A stretch of DNA of 64,000 nucleotides from an uncultured Porphyromonadaceae bacterium (lineage in GTDB: Bacteria; Bacteroidota; Bacteroidia; Bacteroidales; Muribaculaceae). The stretch is taken from positions 4,074-68,073 of the forward strand of contig CABUPJ010000002.1 in assembly GCA_902493335.1 (NCBI GenBank), read 5' to 3'. Positions within the stretch are counted from its first letter, which is position 1; the number at the start of each line of letters is the position of its first letter. Shown here one piece after another: positions 20,215 to 30,217 of this stretch. The notes under the pieces were generated by a model. The model did no database searches. It was not told the origin of the DNA and was given only the letters and a program-made list of their open reading frames with translations. Made by a program: the position numbers and the translations under genes.

Positions 20215-21522
20215 ATGATTATTAAACGTAACATAAACTTTTGGCTGGACTCCCGAAAGAAAGACGGCGTTCCGGTCACTGAGAATCTGGCGATCCGTAT
20301 GCGTTTGGCTTATGGAGGCAAGACATTCGACTACTTCACAGGATTCCGAATCGACGCAAGTAAATGGGATGCAAAGAAACAGCGAGTAAAAAATGGCTGC
20401 ACTAACAAACGCAAAGAAACCGCAATCGAAATCAATACCGAACTAAACCGTTTGGAGAATCTTCTTCAAGACATCTTCCGTGAGTATGAGTTTTCGGACT
20501 TGAAGCCCTCAATGGATGAAGTAAAGACCCGTTTTAAGGAAATTTCAGTACCTCAACAATCCTCCGCAGTTATTGAAGCTGTTGAGGAAGAGAAGGCCAA
20601 GGTAAAAACTTTTTGGGAATATTATGATGAGTTTGTTCGCGAGTATGGCCGCAAAAACAGTTGGACTAAAGCGACATTTGAAAAACTTGCCGCGCTAAAA
20701 AATCATCTGAAAAACTGCAAGAAATTCAAACGTAATCCTACTTTTGATTTCTTTACAGAGAAGGGGCTCAATGATCTTGTGGACTATTTCCGGGTAGAGT
20801 GCGATATGCTGAACAGTACCATTGACAAGAAAGTGTACTTCATTAAGTATTTTCTTGATTGGGGCGCCTCAAAGGGCTATCATCATAACTTCGCCTACAG
20901 ACAGTTCCGACCGAAACTGAAGATGACACAATCCAAGGTTATCTTTCTGACTGATGAGGAACTGTCAGCTATCCGTGAATATCAGATACCGCCGACCAAA
21001 CAATATCTTGAACGAGTTCGCGATGTTCTTGTCTTTTGCTGTTATACCGGTCTTCGTTATTCAGATGTGGCAAACCTTCGCAGAAGTGACATCAAGGATG
21101 ACCATATCGAAGTCACGACCGTCAAAACTGCCGATAGTCTGATTATCGAGTTGAACAAACACAGTCGTGCCATACTGGAGAAGTATGCCGATATCCCATT
21201 CAAGGATAACAAGGCGTTGCCGGTAATCAGTAATCAGAAGATGAACACTTACATCAAGGAGCTTGGTAAACTTGCCGGAATCGATACTCCAGTCCGCATA
21301 ACCCAATACCGGGGTAACGAGCGCATTGATCATGTATATCCGAAGTATGAACTGCTTTGCACTCATACCGGACGAAAGACTTTTATATGTAAGGCACTGT
21401 CGCTTGGCATCGCTCCCAATGTAGTGATGAAGTGGACCGGTCACAGTGACTATAAGGCAATGAAGCCCTATATTGACATCGCCGACAGCGTAAGGGCAAA
21501 TGCCATGAGTCTCTTCGATTGA
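20215..21522 (+). CDS. Tyrosine integrase with N-terminal arm-binding domain
   Basis: Catalytic set GLRYSD (R), K, HTGR (HxxR), GH and Y(KPYI). Lies next to the att repeat. Confidence 0.93.
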   Translation: MIIKRNINFWLDSRKKDGVPVTENLAIRMRLAYGGKTFDYFTGFRIDASKWDAKKQRVKNGCTNKRKETAIEINTELNRLENLLQDIFREYEFSDLKPSMDEVKTRFKEISVPQQSSAVIEAVEEEKAKVKTFWEYYDEFVREYGRKNSWTKATFEKLAALKNHLKNCKKFKRNPTFDFFTEKGLNDLVDYFRVECDMLNSTIDKKVYFIKYFLDWGASKGYHHNFAYRQFRPKLKMTQSKVIFLTDEELSAIREYQIPPTKQYLERVRDVLVFCCYTGLRYSDVANLRRSDIKDDHIEVTTVKTADSLIIELNKHSRAILEKYADIPFKDNKALPVISNQKMNTYIKELGKLAGIDTPVRITQYRGNERIDHVYPKYELLCTHTGRKTFICKALSLGIAPNVVMKWTGHSDYKAMKPYIDIADSVRANAMSLFD

Positions 21523-21824
21523 GAGAGCAAAGGAAATTTTACAAGTCGAGGCTGCACAATTCCGTGCGGTCTTGATTTGTTTTTGGGCTAAATTAAGTCA
21601 TAAATGTTCGGAAATGTGTTTCCACTCGTTTTTATCCACAATATATCCACCTATTCCACTCAAATAATTTTTTCATCTCATTTCTAATCATTGGTATTCA
21701 GACAAATATAACAGAGAGGTTTCTCAATTTTACACCTACACTCCACTCATCACACATAGTAACTTTGCATCATAGGACATCCCTACGAATCACCCTGATA
21801 TATGGACATCAAAAATTATATAAT

Positions 21825-22130
21825 ATGAATATCAATGAACTCATGAACAAACCTCTGTGGCAAATGACTGGTGAGGAATTCCTTGCCATCATCAACGAGA
21901 AGAAACCAGAAGGAACGACTCCTATCACTTCTGACAGCGATAGAAATACCGCCAGGCATTATGTGTATGGTCTGGCCGGAATAGCGCGCCTGTTCGGATG
22001 CAGCATACCGACTGCCAACCGTATTAAGAAGAGCGGAGTAATCGACAAGGCTATCACCCAGTGTGGACGCAAGATTATCGTTGACTCGGAACTTGCGCTT
22101 CAACTTGCCGGTCGTCAACCACGATGTTAA
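21825..22130 (+). CDS. DUF3853-family HTH protein (excisionase-like)
   Basis: PLWQMTGEEF...YVYGLAGIARLFGCSIPTANRIKKSG...GRKIIVD. Confidence 0.8.
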   Translation: MNINELMNKPLWQMTGEEFLAIINEKKPEGTTPITSDSDRNTARHYVYGLAGIARLFGCSIPTANRIKKSGVIDKAITQCGRKIIVDSELALQLAGRQPRC

Positions 22131-22215
22131 GGCATTATGACTGAAGCAATCGGAATGAGCATAGTCTATAACATGACTTATGCTGACAGTTGTAAACACC
22201 AAAATCCATGGAAGT

Positions 22216-23031
22216 ATGGCAAAGGGAGTCAACATTTACGAACTGATGCACGCTTTCTGGCAGGAGAATGAATATGAGCCGTTCTCAACCGCCGAGATCG
22301 CTCTGTTCTTCTTCTTGCTGGAGCGTGCCAACTGCCGACGGTGGAAGATGCCTTTCAAGTGCTCGACGGCTCTTGTCTGCCGGTCTATCAAGGTAGCCAA
22401 GCAGACATTCCTCACGGCTCGTCTCAAACTGAGCGAGCGAGGTTTGATTACCTTTATACAAGGTAAGGGCAATGCCATGGCACCCGCTTATATGGTCATT
22501 TCAGAACCCGACAAATGGACTAACGGCAATACCGATGAACAGACTGAAAACGAGACTGAAGAGCTTACGGATAGCCAGACCGATAGCAAGACTGACAGCC
22601 TGCCCACTTATAATATTAAAGATAATAATATTCAAGATAAAGATATAATATCCCTTAATAATAAAGGACAGGCAAATGAAATTTTAAGTTTTGATGAGTT
22701 GGAGAAACTATTCCTTGCAGATGCATCATGGCATGATGAAATTCTTCGTGAGTTTCCGGCTGTAAGCCGTCTGGAACTTGAAAATCAGATTCACGGTTTC
22801 TTCTCCCGTCTCCGCGATAAAGGAGAAAAAGGAAGGGAAGAGAAAGACTGTAGGAACTATTTTATCAACTCTGTCCGAAAATTTTTCAAGCACAATCAAA
22901 ATGGAAGAATTGAAAGAGAATTTAGCCAATGCTCAAGTGCGTTCAGGCGTCGGGGAGTTGATGTCGTTGCGCGAACCGCCAAAGATTATGAGGAACCGTT
23001 CCCTTCGCCACCTTGGGAAAAAGACTATTAA
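22216..23031 (+). CDS. Putative replication initiator-like protein
   Basis: N-terminal winged-helix-like region, Txxx repeat linker followed by a K/D/N-rich stretch, located between xis and mob. Confidence 0.55.
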   Translation: MAKGVNIYELMHAFWQENEYEPFSTAEIALFFFLLERANCRRWKMPFKCSTALVCRSIKVAKQTFLTARLKLSERGLITFIQGKGNAMAPAYMVISEPDKWTNGNTDEQTENETEELTDSQTDSKTDSLPTYNIKDNNIQDKDIISLNNKGQANEILSFDELEKLFLADASWHDEILREFPAVSRLELENQIHGFFSRLRDKGEKGREEKDCRNYFINSVRKFFKHNQNGRIEREFSQCSSAFRRRGVDVVARTAKDYEEPFPSPPWEKDY

Positions 23032-23080
23032 CAACAGCTGATTTACAGCATGTGTGATAGAGTGAAGCGTTCCCGGCAAG

Positions 23081-23491
23081 ATGGACGAATGGCTTGACGG
23101 CTACATCGTCGATTCCGAGCTTGGAGAGACATTTGAAGAAACGCTCGAATCCTTTGACAAGGAAGACGATGAAGCCTGTTCGCATAGAATATCCTCCTTA
23201 CAGTATTCACTGATTCGGCAGATGATTGGGAAATGGCACAACCGCCCGGCAGAGCTTCCCGAAACAGCAGACTCTTATAGCATCGAGTGCCTTGGACGCA
23301 TCTTCAATGTGTGTCTATCCGGCAACTGGTCGAACTGGCTCCGTCTCCTTAAGGGTTACAGTCCCGGTCTCGACCATGAGTCTCACGCTGTCAGGAACAG
23401 CAAGGAGCCAGCGTCTATTACAGATGCCCGGTATGCGCTCGACGGATTCTTCAACCATTTGAAAGTCGATTTCACCAAGAACAGCCTCTAA
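23081..23491 (+). CDS. Hypothetical protein
   Basis: 136-aa ORF in the same direction as the element core genes. Confidence 0.5.
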   Translation: MDEWLDGYIVDSELGETFEETLESFDKEDDEACSHRISSLQYSLIRQMIGKWHNRPAELPETADSYSIECLGRIFNVCLSGNWSNWLRLLKGYSPGLDHESHAVRNSKEPASITDARYALDGFFNHLKVDFTKNSL

Positions 23492-23792
23492 AACGTGCCG
23501 TAGCTTGCTTCCGGTAATAGCGGGTACCACACCGTTGCAGGAGGCCATTCCGAGCCTTTCTGACGTGCGCTGTGCGCCTCTCCGGGTATATGCCTGACCG
23601 ATTCCCGTGGTCATCGTCCAGGTCGGCTTATAGACAACGTGCTTGCGCGAAGTTGCCACATCGGTCAATGTGGTGGGAGCCTACTTCCCCCCTTTGATTG
23701 AAAATCACCGGGGAGTTGCCGTATCCGGCAGGCCATTCAGGAGCAAGCTCCGGTCCTTTTAACAATACCTTTAACCTCTAATTGTCAGTTAT
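23492..23792. other. Candidate oriT / mob leader region
   Basis: 300-bp GC-rich non-coding gap directly upstream of the relaxase, with short palindromes such as GGAGCAAGCTCC. Confidence 0.45.
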
Positions 23793-25265
23793 ATGGCAAA
23801 GCAAGTAATAGACTGCAGCCCGTCTGCGGGCATAACAACCAACCAATCAAACGAGCATCAGAGAAGGTGGTCGGAAAAGAACTGGCAGCGTGCCGCCAAG
23901 ACCGGTAACTATGATATAACCCGTGCCGGACTCAACTTCGAGATAGCCAAGGGTTGCATAGTCCAACCGATCGACACCTCCAAAAGTATCCCGCAACGTA
24001 TGCGCGAGACCCTGAAAGAACGGGGCATCCAGGACCCTAATGCGGAACTTGAACGCAAAGGTAAGGAGGGCAACCGCCGTACTGTGGTCAATATCATCTT
24101 CGGAGGAAGCCGGGAGCAGATGCACCGTCTGGCTTTCGGCAATCAGCCAGTTGATTTGGAACATGGCGCGGACAATTCATCCATCACCCGGTGTAAAGAC
24201 ATCGAAAATTGGGCAAAAGACATTTACAGGTTCGCGTGCGACAAGTGGGGCGAAGATAACATCATCGGCTTCTATGTCCACCTCGATGAGCGAAATCCGC
24301 ATATCCACTGCACCTTATTACCGATTACACCGAGAAATAAGTTCTCGTATAAGGAAATGTTTGCCGGTTCTGATAAAAACGCTTTTCGTGAACGGACCAT
24401 TCAGCTCCACAATGAACTTGCCCTGGTCAATGACCGATGGGGTCTCGGTCGGGGACAGAGCAAGACCGAGACAGGTGCCCGCCACCGTTCAACCGAGGAA
24501 TACCGGGCAGAGCTGCATCGTGAGTGTAATGATTTGGAAATACAGATTAGTGACAGGCACGAGACATTGAAGGAGCTGTATGCGGACATCCGTAAGGCGG
24601 AGAAACGCTGCAAGGGTCTCAATACAATGATCGGAAATCTTGAGACACGCGAGGCAGACCTCAATGACCAGATTGACCGGCTGGAGTCTGACCTCGAATC
24701 AGGGAACGGCGATGCCGAAGAACTGCGTCAGCGCATTGCAGACCTTAGTGGTGAACTCCGTGTCACCGAATCATCACTTGAAGACAAACGCCAAAAACTC
24801 AAGACCGCCGACCGGCAGCTCACACAGCTTCAGGATGAATTGAAGTCTGCCAACGAGAAACGCTCCAATGCGCTGAGAGAATACCACACTTTCACGGAGA
24901 AGAACCAGGAACAGATGCGCATGAGACTGACAGATGCCGTGTTCGGAAGGTCTGTTGTCGATATGCGCTCTCTGCTGGCGGCAATGACGCCGGAACAGAA
25001 AGCCGGTTTCGACGGGGAATTTCTCATGGCAATGGCTGAGAAACCCAACGAAATTCTGAAATGTGCTATGTATCTGTTCGCCGGGTATCTCGATGGGGCA
25101 ATTCAGTTCGCCAAAGGAAGCGGCGGCGGTGGCTCTGCGTCCGACCTTCCGTGGGGCCGCGATCCGAATGAGGATGACCGACGCTTTGCCTACCGTTGCA
25201 TGATGCAGGCGCACAAGATGCTGAAACCAGCTCAGCCCAGACGCGGCATTGGAGGTAGGAAGTAG
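23793..25265 (+). CDS. mobV: MobV (Mob/Pre) family relaxase
   Basis: NEHQRR motif, HLDERNPHIH motif III and a long C-terminal coiled coil. Confidence 0.88.
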   Translation: MAKQVIDCSPSAGITTNQSNEHQRRWSEKNWQRAAKTGNYDITRAGLNFEIAKGCIVQPIDTSKSIPQRMRETLKERGIQDPNAELERKGKEGNRRTVVNIIFGGSREQMHRLAFGNQPVDLEHGADNSSITRCKDIENWAKDIYRFACDKWGEDNIIGFYVHLDERNPHIHCTLLPITPRNKFSYKEMFAGSDKNAFRERTIQLHNELALVNDRWGLGRGQSKTETGARHRSTEEYRAELHRECNDLEIQISDRHETLKELYADIRKAEKRCKGLNTMIGNLETREADLNDQIDRLESDLESGNGDAEELRQRIADLSGELRVTESSLEDKRQKLKTADRQLTQLQDELKSANEKRSNALREYHTFTEKNQEQMRMRLTDAVFGRSVVDMRSLLAAMTPEQKAGFDGEFLMAMAEKPNEILKCAMYLFAGYLDGAIQFAKGSGGGGSASDLPWGRDPNEDDRRFAYRCMMQAHKMLKPAQPRRGIGGRK

Positions 25266-25274
25266 TTCTGATTG

Positions 25275-25634
25275 TTATAATCCCAGTTCTGCGCGTTTGG
25301 ATTTTGACAGACTTGCTACAATTAAATCATATGCCTGTTTTACAAGGATTTTAATTTCCTCTGCAGGCACATCGGAATCAAGCAGTACCGTAATCCAATG
25401 TGTCTTGTTCATGTGCCATGCCGGTTGCACTCCCTGATATTTGTCCTGTAGTTCTGTTACTGACTCCACCGGACATTTCAGGTTGCAGGCCTTTTTATCC
25501 ATATCAAGCAGACAAAACCATTTGTCCGCAACTGTGAATGTCACCAGATTCTGATATTGAGGTTCTGTCCAGGGCGAATTCTCCTTTGCACAAGGAAATG
25601 AAAGACATAAATTTCTAAAATCTTCAAGATTCAT
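25275..25634 (-). CDS. MmcQ/YjbR family DNA-binding protein
   Basis: NLKC...PAWHMNKTHWITV...AYDL. Confidence 0.85.
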   Translation of the reverse strand: MNLEDFRNLCLSFPCAKENSPWTEPQYQNLVTFTVADKWFCLLDMDKKACNLKCPVESVTELQDKYQGVQPAWHMNKTHWITVLLDSDVPAEEIKILVKQAYDLIVASLSKSKRAELGL

Positions 25635-25734
25635 AAAATTTGTTTTTGATACGATGGACTAACAATCTTGAGCCCCTTTGAGTTTACAAGCCGAAGGATA
25701 ATTCGGACCTTGTGTTGACACAAGGAAGATTGGG

Positions 25735-26634
25735 TTACGCCTGCATCCGTCGGTATTCAAGAGGCGTACACCCCACGTTTTTCTTGAACGTGCGGCTGAA
25801 ATGTTGGGAGTATTGGAAACCTAACTCGTATGCGATCTGACTGATTGTCAGTTGAGTATTCAATACCCATTCTTTTGATATACGGATAAGTCTGTTCTGG
25901 ATATATTCCTGTGCTGTCATGCCTGTTTCCCTTTTCACAAGGTCGCCGAAATAATTTGGCGAAAGACAGACCTTGTCTGCGAAATACCGGACTTGAGGCA
26001 ATCCGCTTCTGCGCAGATTCTCGTCCTTGAAGTATTCATCCAATAGTTTCTCGAATTTTACAATGACATCATGATTCACTTCAGAGCGGGTGATGAACTG
26101 ACGGTCGTAAAAACGCATACAGTAGTCAAGGAACAGCTCGATATTGGTAGCTATCAACCGTTTGCTGTGTTTGTCGATAGCGTGTTCCATTTCATAGCCT
26201 ATCTTGTCGATGCAGTCAACCAATATTCTGCGCTCACGTTCCGAGACATGCAGAGCCTCGTTTGACTCGTATGAAAAGAACGAATAACGGTCTATCTCTC
26301 TGCCAAGCGGAGTGCCATGTAAAAGATCGGAGTGGAACAGGACTCCAAGACCGGATGGCTTTGAGCCTCTCTCCAGATCCACATTGGCGATTTGTCCGGG
26401 AGCAAAAGCGATAACACTTCCTTCCTGATAGTCGTAATTCTGACGGCCATAACGTATCTCGCCGCATTTTGCATCTTTCAGGTATATGCAATATACTCCG
26501 TAATTAAAGCGGAAATGATCGGGCCAGACGGGAGCCTTGGATAAGTCCACAACCGCGACAAGCGGATGCAGGGTTTCCAGTCCGAAAAGTTTGTTGTATT
26601 GGTCAATCGTATCAACCTTTATCACTTCTTCCAT
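25735..26634 (-). CDS. AraC family transcriptional regulator
   Basis: C-terminal double HTH (LSPNYFGDLVK; SQIAYELGFQYSQHFSRTFKK). Start at MEEVIK. Confidence 0.92.
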   Translation of the reverse strand: MEEVIKVDTIDQYNKLFGLETLHPLVAVVDLSKAPVWPDHFRFNYGVYCIYLKDAKCGEIRYGRQNYDYQEGSVIAFAPGQIANVDLERGSKPSGLGVLFHSDLLHGTPLGREIDRYSFFSYESNEALHVSERERRILVDCIDKIGYEMEHAIDKHSKRLIATNIELFLDYCMRFYDRQFITRSEVNHDVIVKFEKLLDEYFKDENLRRSGLPQVRYFADKVCLSPNYFGDLVKRETGMTAQEYIQNRLIRISKEWVLNTQLTISQIAYELGFQYSQHFSRTFKKNVGCTPLEYRRMQA

Positions 26635-26650
26635 GACGGTTCTGTTTTTT

Positions 26651-26864
26651 GAGTGCAAAGATAACCAAAATCGAGCAACGGAGAGACAGTACGGAGGGAT
26701 AATCAGTAATAAAATCACAAAATCAAGTAAGATATGCACAAAATCACAGCGTTTCTTACAGCCTTGTCAATAAGGGTATTATACCTTGTGTTCATAATCC
26801 GTAAGATGGTTACTCTTATCCGTAATAGGGATACAGTCCGGCTCAACGAATGGTGCTAATTTTG
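26651..26864. promoter_or_regulatory. Divergent promoters with tandem AraC-type direct repeats
   Basis: TATCTTTG on the minus strand (~26656-26663) and TAATTTTG on the plus strand (26857-26864). CACAAAATCA occurs at 26716 and 26737, ATCCGTAA at 26797 and 26818; both pairs are 21 bp apart. Confidence 0.65.
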
Positions 26865-26895
26865 CATCGTGAAAACAATTCTAAAATTTACAGAC

Positions 26896-27702
26896 ATGAA
26901 AAAACTGATAATCACCCTGGCCATTGCGCTTTCGGCAATCGCCATCAATGCAAAGACATTGATTGTGTATTATAGCTTCACAAACAATGTCCGTACAATC
27001 GCCACGGAACTCCAGTCGCAGATCGGCGCCGATATGGTGGAGGTAGAGCCTGCGGAAGAAGGGCTGGATTACGCAGCCAACAACTACGCCATCGGCAGCG
27101 CGCTTATCTCGGCAATCCGTGAAAATCCCGATGACGCGGCTTCATATCCTGAGATAAAGCCTGTGAATGTAAATCTCAGCGAATACGATATGGTCATTGT
27201 AGCCGCTCCGCTGTGGTGGAGCAATATGGCCGCCCCGATGCAGACATTCCTATTCCACAACGGAGCGCAGATGCAGGGGAAGAAAATCGGTCTCATCGTT
27301 TCAAGCGCGAGCAGTGGCATAAGCGGTGTCGAAGCAGACGCACACCGACTGATTCCTGACGGAGATTTCGTGACACCGAGCCTGTGGATTCGCTCATCAC
27401 AGACCTCAAACTGCCGTTCAATGATCTCATCGTGGCTTGCACAGATCGACTACAATAATCTGAGCGGCATCGAATCGGTGGTATCGGACGCAGATGTAGG
27501 CCTCAGTCTCAGCTATGTCGCCGGCGGAATTATTGTCAACGGAGATGTCGATTCACTCTCGCTGTTCAATCTGTCGGGAGTAAAGGTATTTGAGACTTCC
27601 GACAATACCATCCCCACATCCTCACTGTCTTCCGGCTTATATCTGGCGCAGATAAATTCCGGAAAACAGAGTATCGCTAAGAAAATAATGATAAACCGTT
27701 AA
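26896..27702 (+). CDS. Secreted flavodoxin-like protein with T9SS C-terminal sorting domain
   Basis: Sec signal peptide, YYSFTNN / APLWW / SSASSG flavodoxin loops, and C-terminal LFNLSG...LSSGLYLAQI...KKIMI. Confidence 0.8.
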   Translation: MKKLIITLAIALSAIAINAKTLIVYYSFTNNVRTIATELQSQIGADMVEVEPAEEGLDYAANNYAIGSALISAIRENPDDAASYPEIKPVNVNLSEYDMVIVAAPLWWSNMAAPMQTFLFHNGAQMQGKKIGLIVSSASSGISGVEADAHRLIPDGDFVTPSLWIRSSQTSNCRSMISSWLAQIDYNNLSGIESVVSDADVGLSLSYVAGGIIVNGDVDSLSLFNLSGVKVFETSDNTIPTSSLSSGLYLAQINSGKQSIAKKIMINR

Positions 27703-27732
27703 TCCGAAACTCGGAATATAATACAAATACCC

Positions 27733-28233
27733 ATGAAGATATTTCAAGTATTCGTAACCATGACGGCCATTTTCTTGTCGTCCGGTTACATCAACGCTCA
27801 GAATATGGAAACAAAAGTACCGGAAACCAGCGCATTTCCCACAGGAAAACCGAATGAGGCATACGAACAATATTTCAGCGGCCGCTCATGGCTGGCTCCG
27901 CTGACCTCCATGAAGGAACTGAATGTACCTGTATCGAACGTGACATTCGAGCCGGGATGCCGCAATAACTGGCACAGCCATACCGGAGGACAGCTGCTTG
28001 TCTGTGTCGGTGGTGAAGGCTACTATCAGGAGAAAGGCAAACCTGCTCGGCGGCTTAAAGCCGGCGATGTGGTCGAAATAGCACCGGATGTGGTGCATTG
28101 GCACGGAGCGGCCCCTGACAGCTGGTTCTCTCATCTGGCTGTCGAATGCAATCCGCAGACCAACAAGAATACATGGCTCAGCCCTGTAACGGACGAGGAA
28201 TATGCCGAAGCTGTTAAGCATCAGAATCAATAA
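27733..28233 (+). CDS. Cupin domain protein with signal peptide-like N-terminus
   Basis: FEPGCRNNWHSH..GQ and HWHGA motifs. Confidence 0.85.
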   Translation: MKIFQVFVTMTAIFLSSGYINAQNMETKVPETSAFPTGKPNEAYEQYFSGRSWLAPLTSMKELNVPVSNVTFEPGCRNNWHSHTGGQLLVCVGGEGYYQEKGKPARRLKAGDVVEIAPDVVHWHGAAPDSWFSHLAVECNPQTNKNTWLSPVTDEEYAEAVKHQNQ

Positions 28234-28277
28234 ATATAGAGAACGGGTATCAGCATCCATTTCAAACGCGTATAAAA

Positions 28278-29405
28278 ATGAAAGCAAGAACTATTTTCTC
28301 CGCATCCATATCAACTGTCTTAATGTTGTTGGCAGCGTTCTCAGCAAACGCGCAGACACAGGCGACAAAGGCAACTGTGTATTTTACCAGTGAAATCACT
28401 CCTGAAAGTCTTGTTAAGATATACAAGGCTCTTGGCAAAGAGGCTACCGGCAAAGTCGCGGTAAAAATCAGCACAGGGGAATCGGCCCAGAGCAATCACC
28501 TCCGCCCTGAACTGATAGGTTCCTTGGTTCACGAAGTAAACGGGTCTATTGTAGAGTGCAACACCGCTTATGGCGGCAACCGTTCAAACACAGCGGCTCA
28601 TCGCCGTGCGATAGAACAACGAGGCTATGGCGACATTGCTGAAGTTGATATAATGGATGCAGACGGATATATCGACCTGCCTGTAACGGATACAAAATAC
28701 CTCAAATATAATCGTGTCGGAAGTCATTTGTCCAATTACGATTTCCTTATAAATCTCGCCCATTTCAAGGGTCATGCAATGGGCGGATTCGGAGGTGTGC
28801 TTAAAAACCAAAGCATCGGCATCGCTACTCCGGAAGGAAAAACGCTCATACATACCGCAGGAAGGTATGATGATCCGAGATATGTATTTCAAAATCCGTC
28901 AGGGCAGGACGCTTTTCTGGAGTCAATGGCAGCTGCGGCACAGTCCGTTCACGATTACTTCAAAGGTAATACGATTTATATCAATGTCATGAACAATCTT
29001 TCTGTCGATTGCGATTGTGACGGTCATCCGTCTGCACCGCAAATGAAAGATATAGGGATTCTGGCATCTCTTGATCCGGTGGCATTGGACAAGGCTTGTC
29101 TGGATTTGATATTCAATCATCAGTCAACTACCGGCGACAACAGCGCGCCATTAGTGCAGCGGATAAACGGACGGCACGGAGCGCACATCGTTGACTATGC
29201 CGCTGAAATCGGATTAGGCTCATTGTCATACGAATTGGTTGACATCACTAACTCATCCGCAGTTGAGTCGATTTCTGTAAACGGTGTTCAAAAATACAAT
29301 GTGTATGGTCTTGACGGAGTGAAGATATTATCTAACGCAGACAATATTGATTCATTGACACCGGGCATATATATTATCAACGGAGTCAAAACACAAATAA
29401 AATAA
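28278..29405 (+). CDS. DUF362 protein with signal peptide and T9SS CTD-like tail
   Basis: ECNTAY, HFKGH..GFGG.LKN, DCDCD and DPVALD motifs. Tail VYGLDG...GIYIINGVK. Confidence 0.8.
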   Translation: MKARTIFSASISTVLMLLAAFSANAQTQATKATVYFTSEITPESLVKIYKALGKEATGKVAVKISTGESAQSNHLRPELIGSLVHEVNGSIVECNTAYGGNRSNTAAHRRAIEQRGYGDIAEVDIMDADGYIDLPVTDTKYLKYNRVGSHLSNYDFLINLAHFKGHAMGGFGGVLKNQSIGIATPEGKTLIHTAGRYDDPRYVFQNPSGQDAFLESMAAAAQSVHDYFKGNTIYINVMNNLSVDCDCDGHPSAPQMKDIGILASLDPVALDKACLDLIFNHQSTTGDNSAPLVQRINGRHGAHIVDYAAEIGLGSLSYELVDITNSSAVESISVNGVQKYNVYGLDGVKILSNADNIDSLTPGIYIINGVKTQIK

Positions 29406-29415
29406 TCAAGAAATC

Positions 29416-29979
29416 ATGAAGAAGAATATAGGTTCGGTATTAGCTCTTTACCCCACACCGACAGTCGTTGTGGGAACAATGATAGAGGACAAACCGACAT
29501 GGCTGTTGGCCGGTCATGTAGGCATAATAGGCCACGACCGAATTATGGTGAGTCTGTTCAATAAGCACCATACAAATCAAGGCATCATAAATACCGGGCA
29601 TCTGTCCGTGAACATTGTGGACGAAGCCCTGCTTCCCCGTGCGGACTATGTCGGGATTACAAGCGGCGCGAAAACAGACAAGTCGCAGGTTTTCGCATGG
29701 CATCCCGGAGAAGCCGGCACACCCGTAATCGAGGACAGCCCGCTGGTCATGGAATGTGAAGTGACGGACAATTACAAAACTGAGACATTCGACAACTTCA
29801 TCTGTAAAATCGCCAACACATACATAGAGGAGGAAATGCTCAACGTAGATGGCAAAGTGGACTATAACAAGCTGAAGCCCGTCCTCTTTGAGATGCCTAC
29901 CTATTCCTACCTGCGTACCGGTGAGATGATAGGCAAATGCACTACGCTCGGCAACAAATTCCGGGAGGAGAACATGTAA
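29416..29979 (+). CDS. Flavin reductase family protein (flavoredoxin-like)
   Basis: LYPTP, HHTN..I, SVN, DYVGITSG..TDK, P.I..SP..MEC. Confidence 0.85.
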   Translation: MKKNIGSVLALYPTPTVVVGTMIEDKPTWLLAGHVGIIGHDRIMVSLFNKHHTNQGIINTGHLSVNIVDEALLPRADYVGITSGAKTDKSQVFAWHPGEAGTPVIEDSPLVMECEVTDNYKTETFDNFICKIANTYIEEEMLNVDGKVDYNKLKPVLFEMPTYSYLRTGEMIGKCTTLGNKFREENM

Positions 29980-30015
29980 TACAAATCGTACAACCTGATT
30001 AAAACAGAAAATATC

Positions 30016-30204
30016 ATGCCTTCAATAACAATGGAACTGGTCAAGATGAGCAAGGAGAAGAAAGCTCAGCTGGTCAAGGAAGTAACCGAATCGACAGCAC
30101 GCATCACCGGGCTGCCCGAACATGTCATCTTCGTCTTCATCAAGGAGAACGAGCCGGAGAACGTAGGTGTAGGAGGTGTCCTACTGCCGGATATGAACAA
30201 ATGA
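30016..30204 (+). CDS. 4-oxalocrotonate tautomerase family protein
   Basis: 62 aa, Pro after the initiator Met, EKKAQLVKEVT...ENVGVGG. Confidence 0.85.
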   Translation: MPSITMELVKMSKEKKAQLVKEVTESTARITGLPEHVIFVFIKENEPENVGVGGVLLPDMNK

Positions 30205-30217
30205 CGACGCGCAGAAT

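Noticed and set aside
22901..23491. Read-through fusion of the ORF ending at 23041 with the in-frame ORF starting at 23081
   Set aside because: Two in-frame stops separate them, and the upstream part overlaps the Rep-like gene
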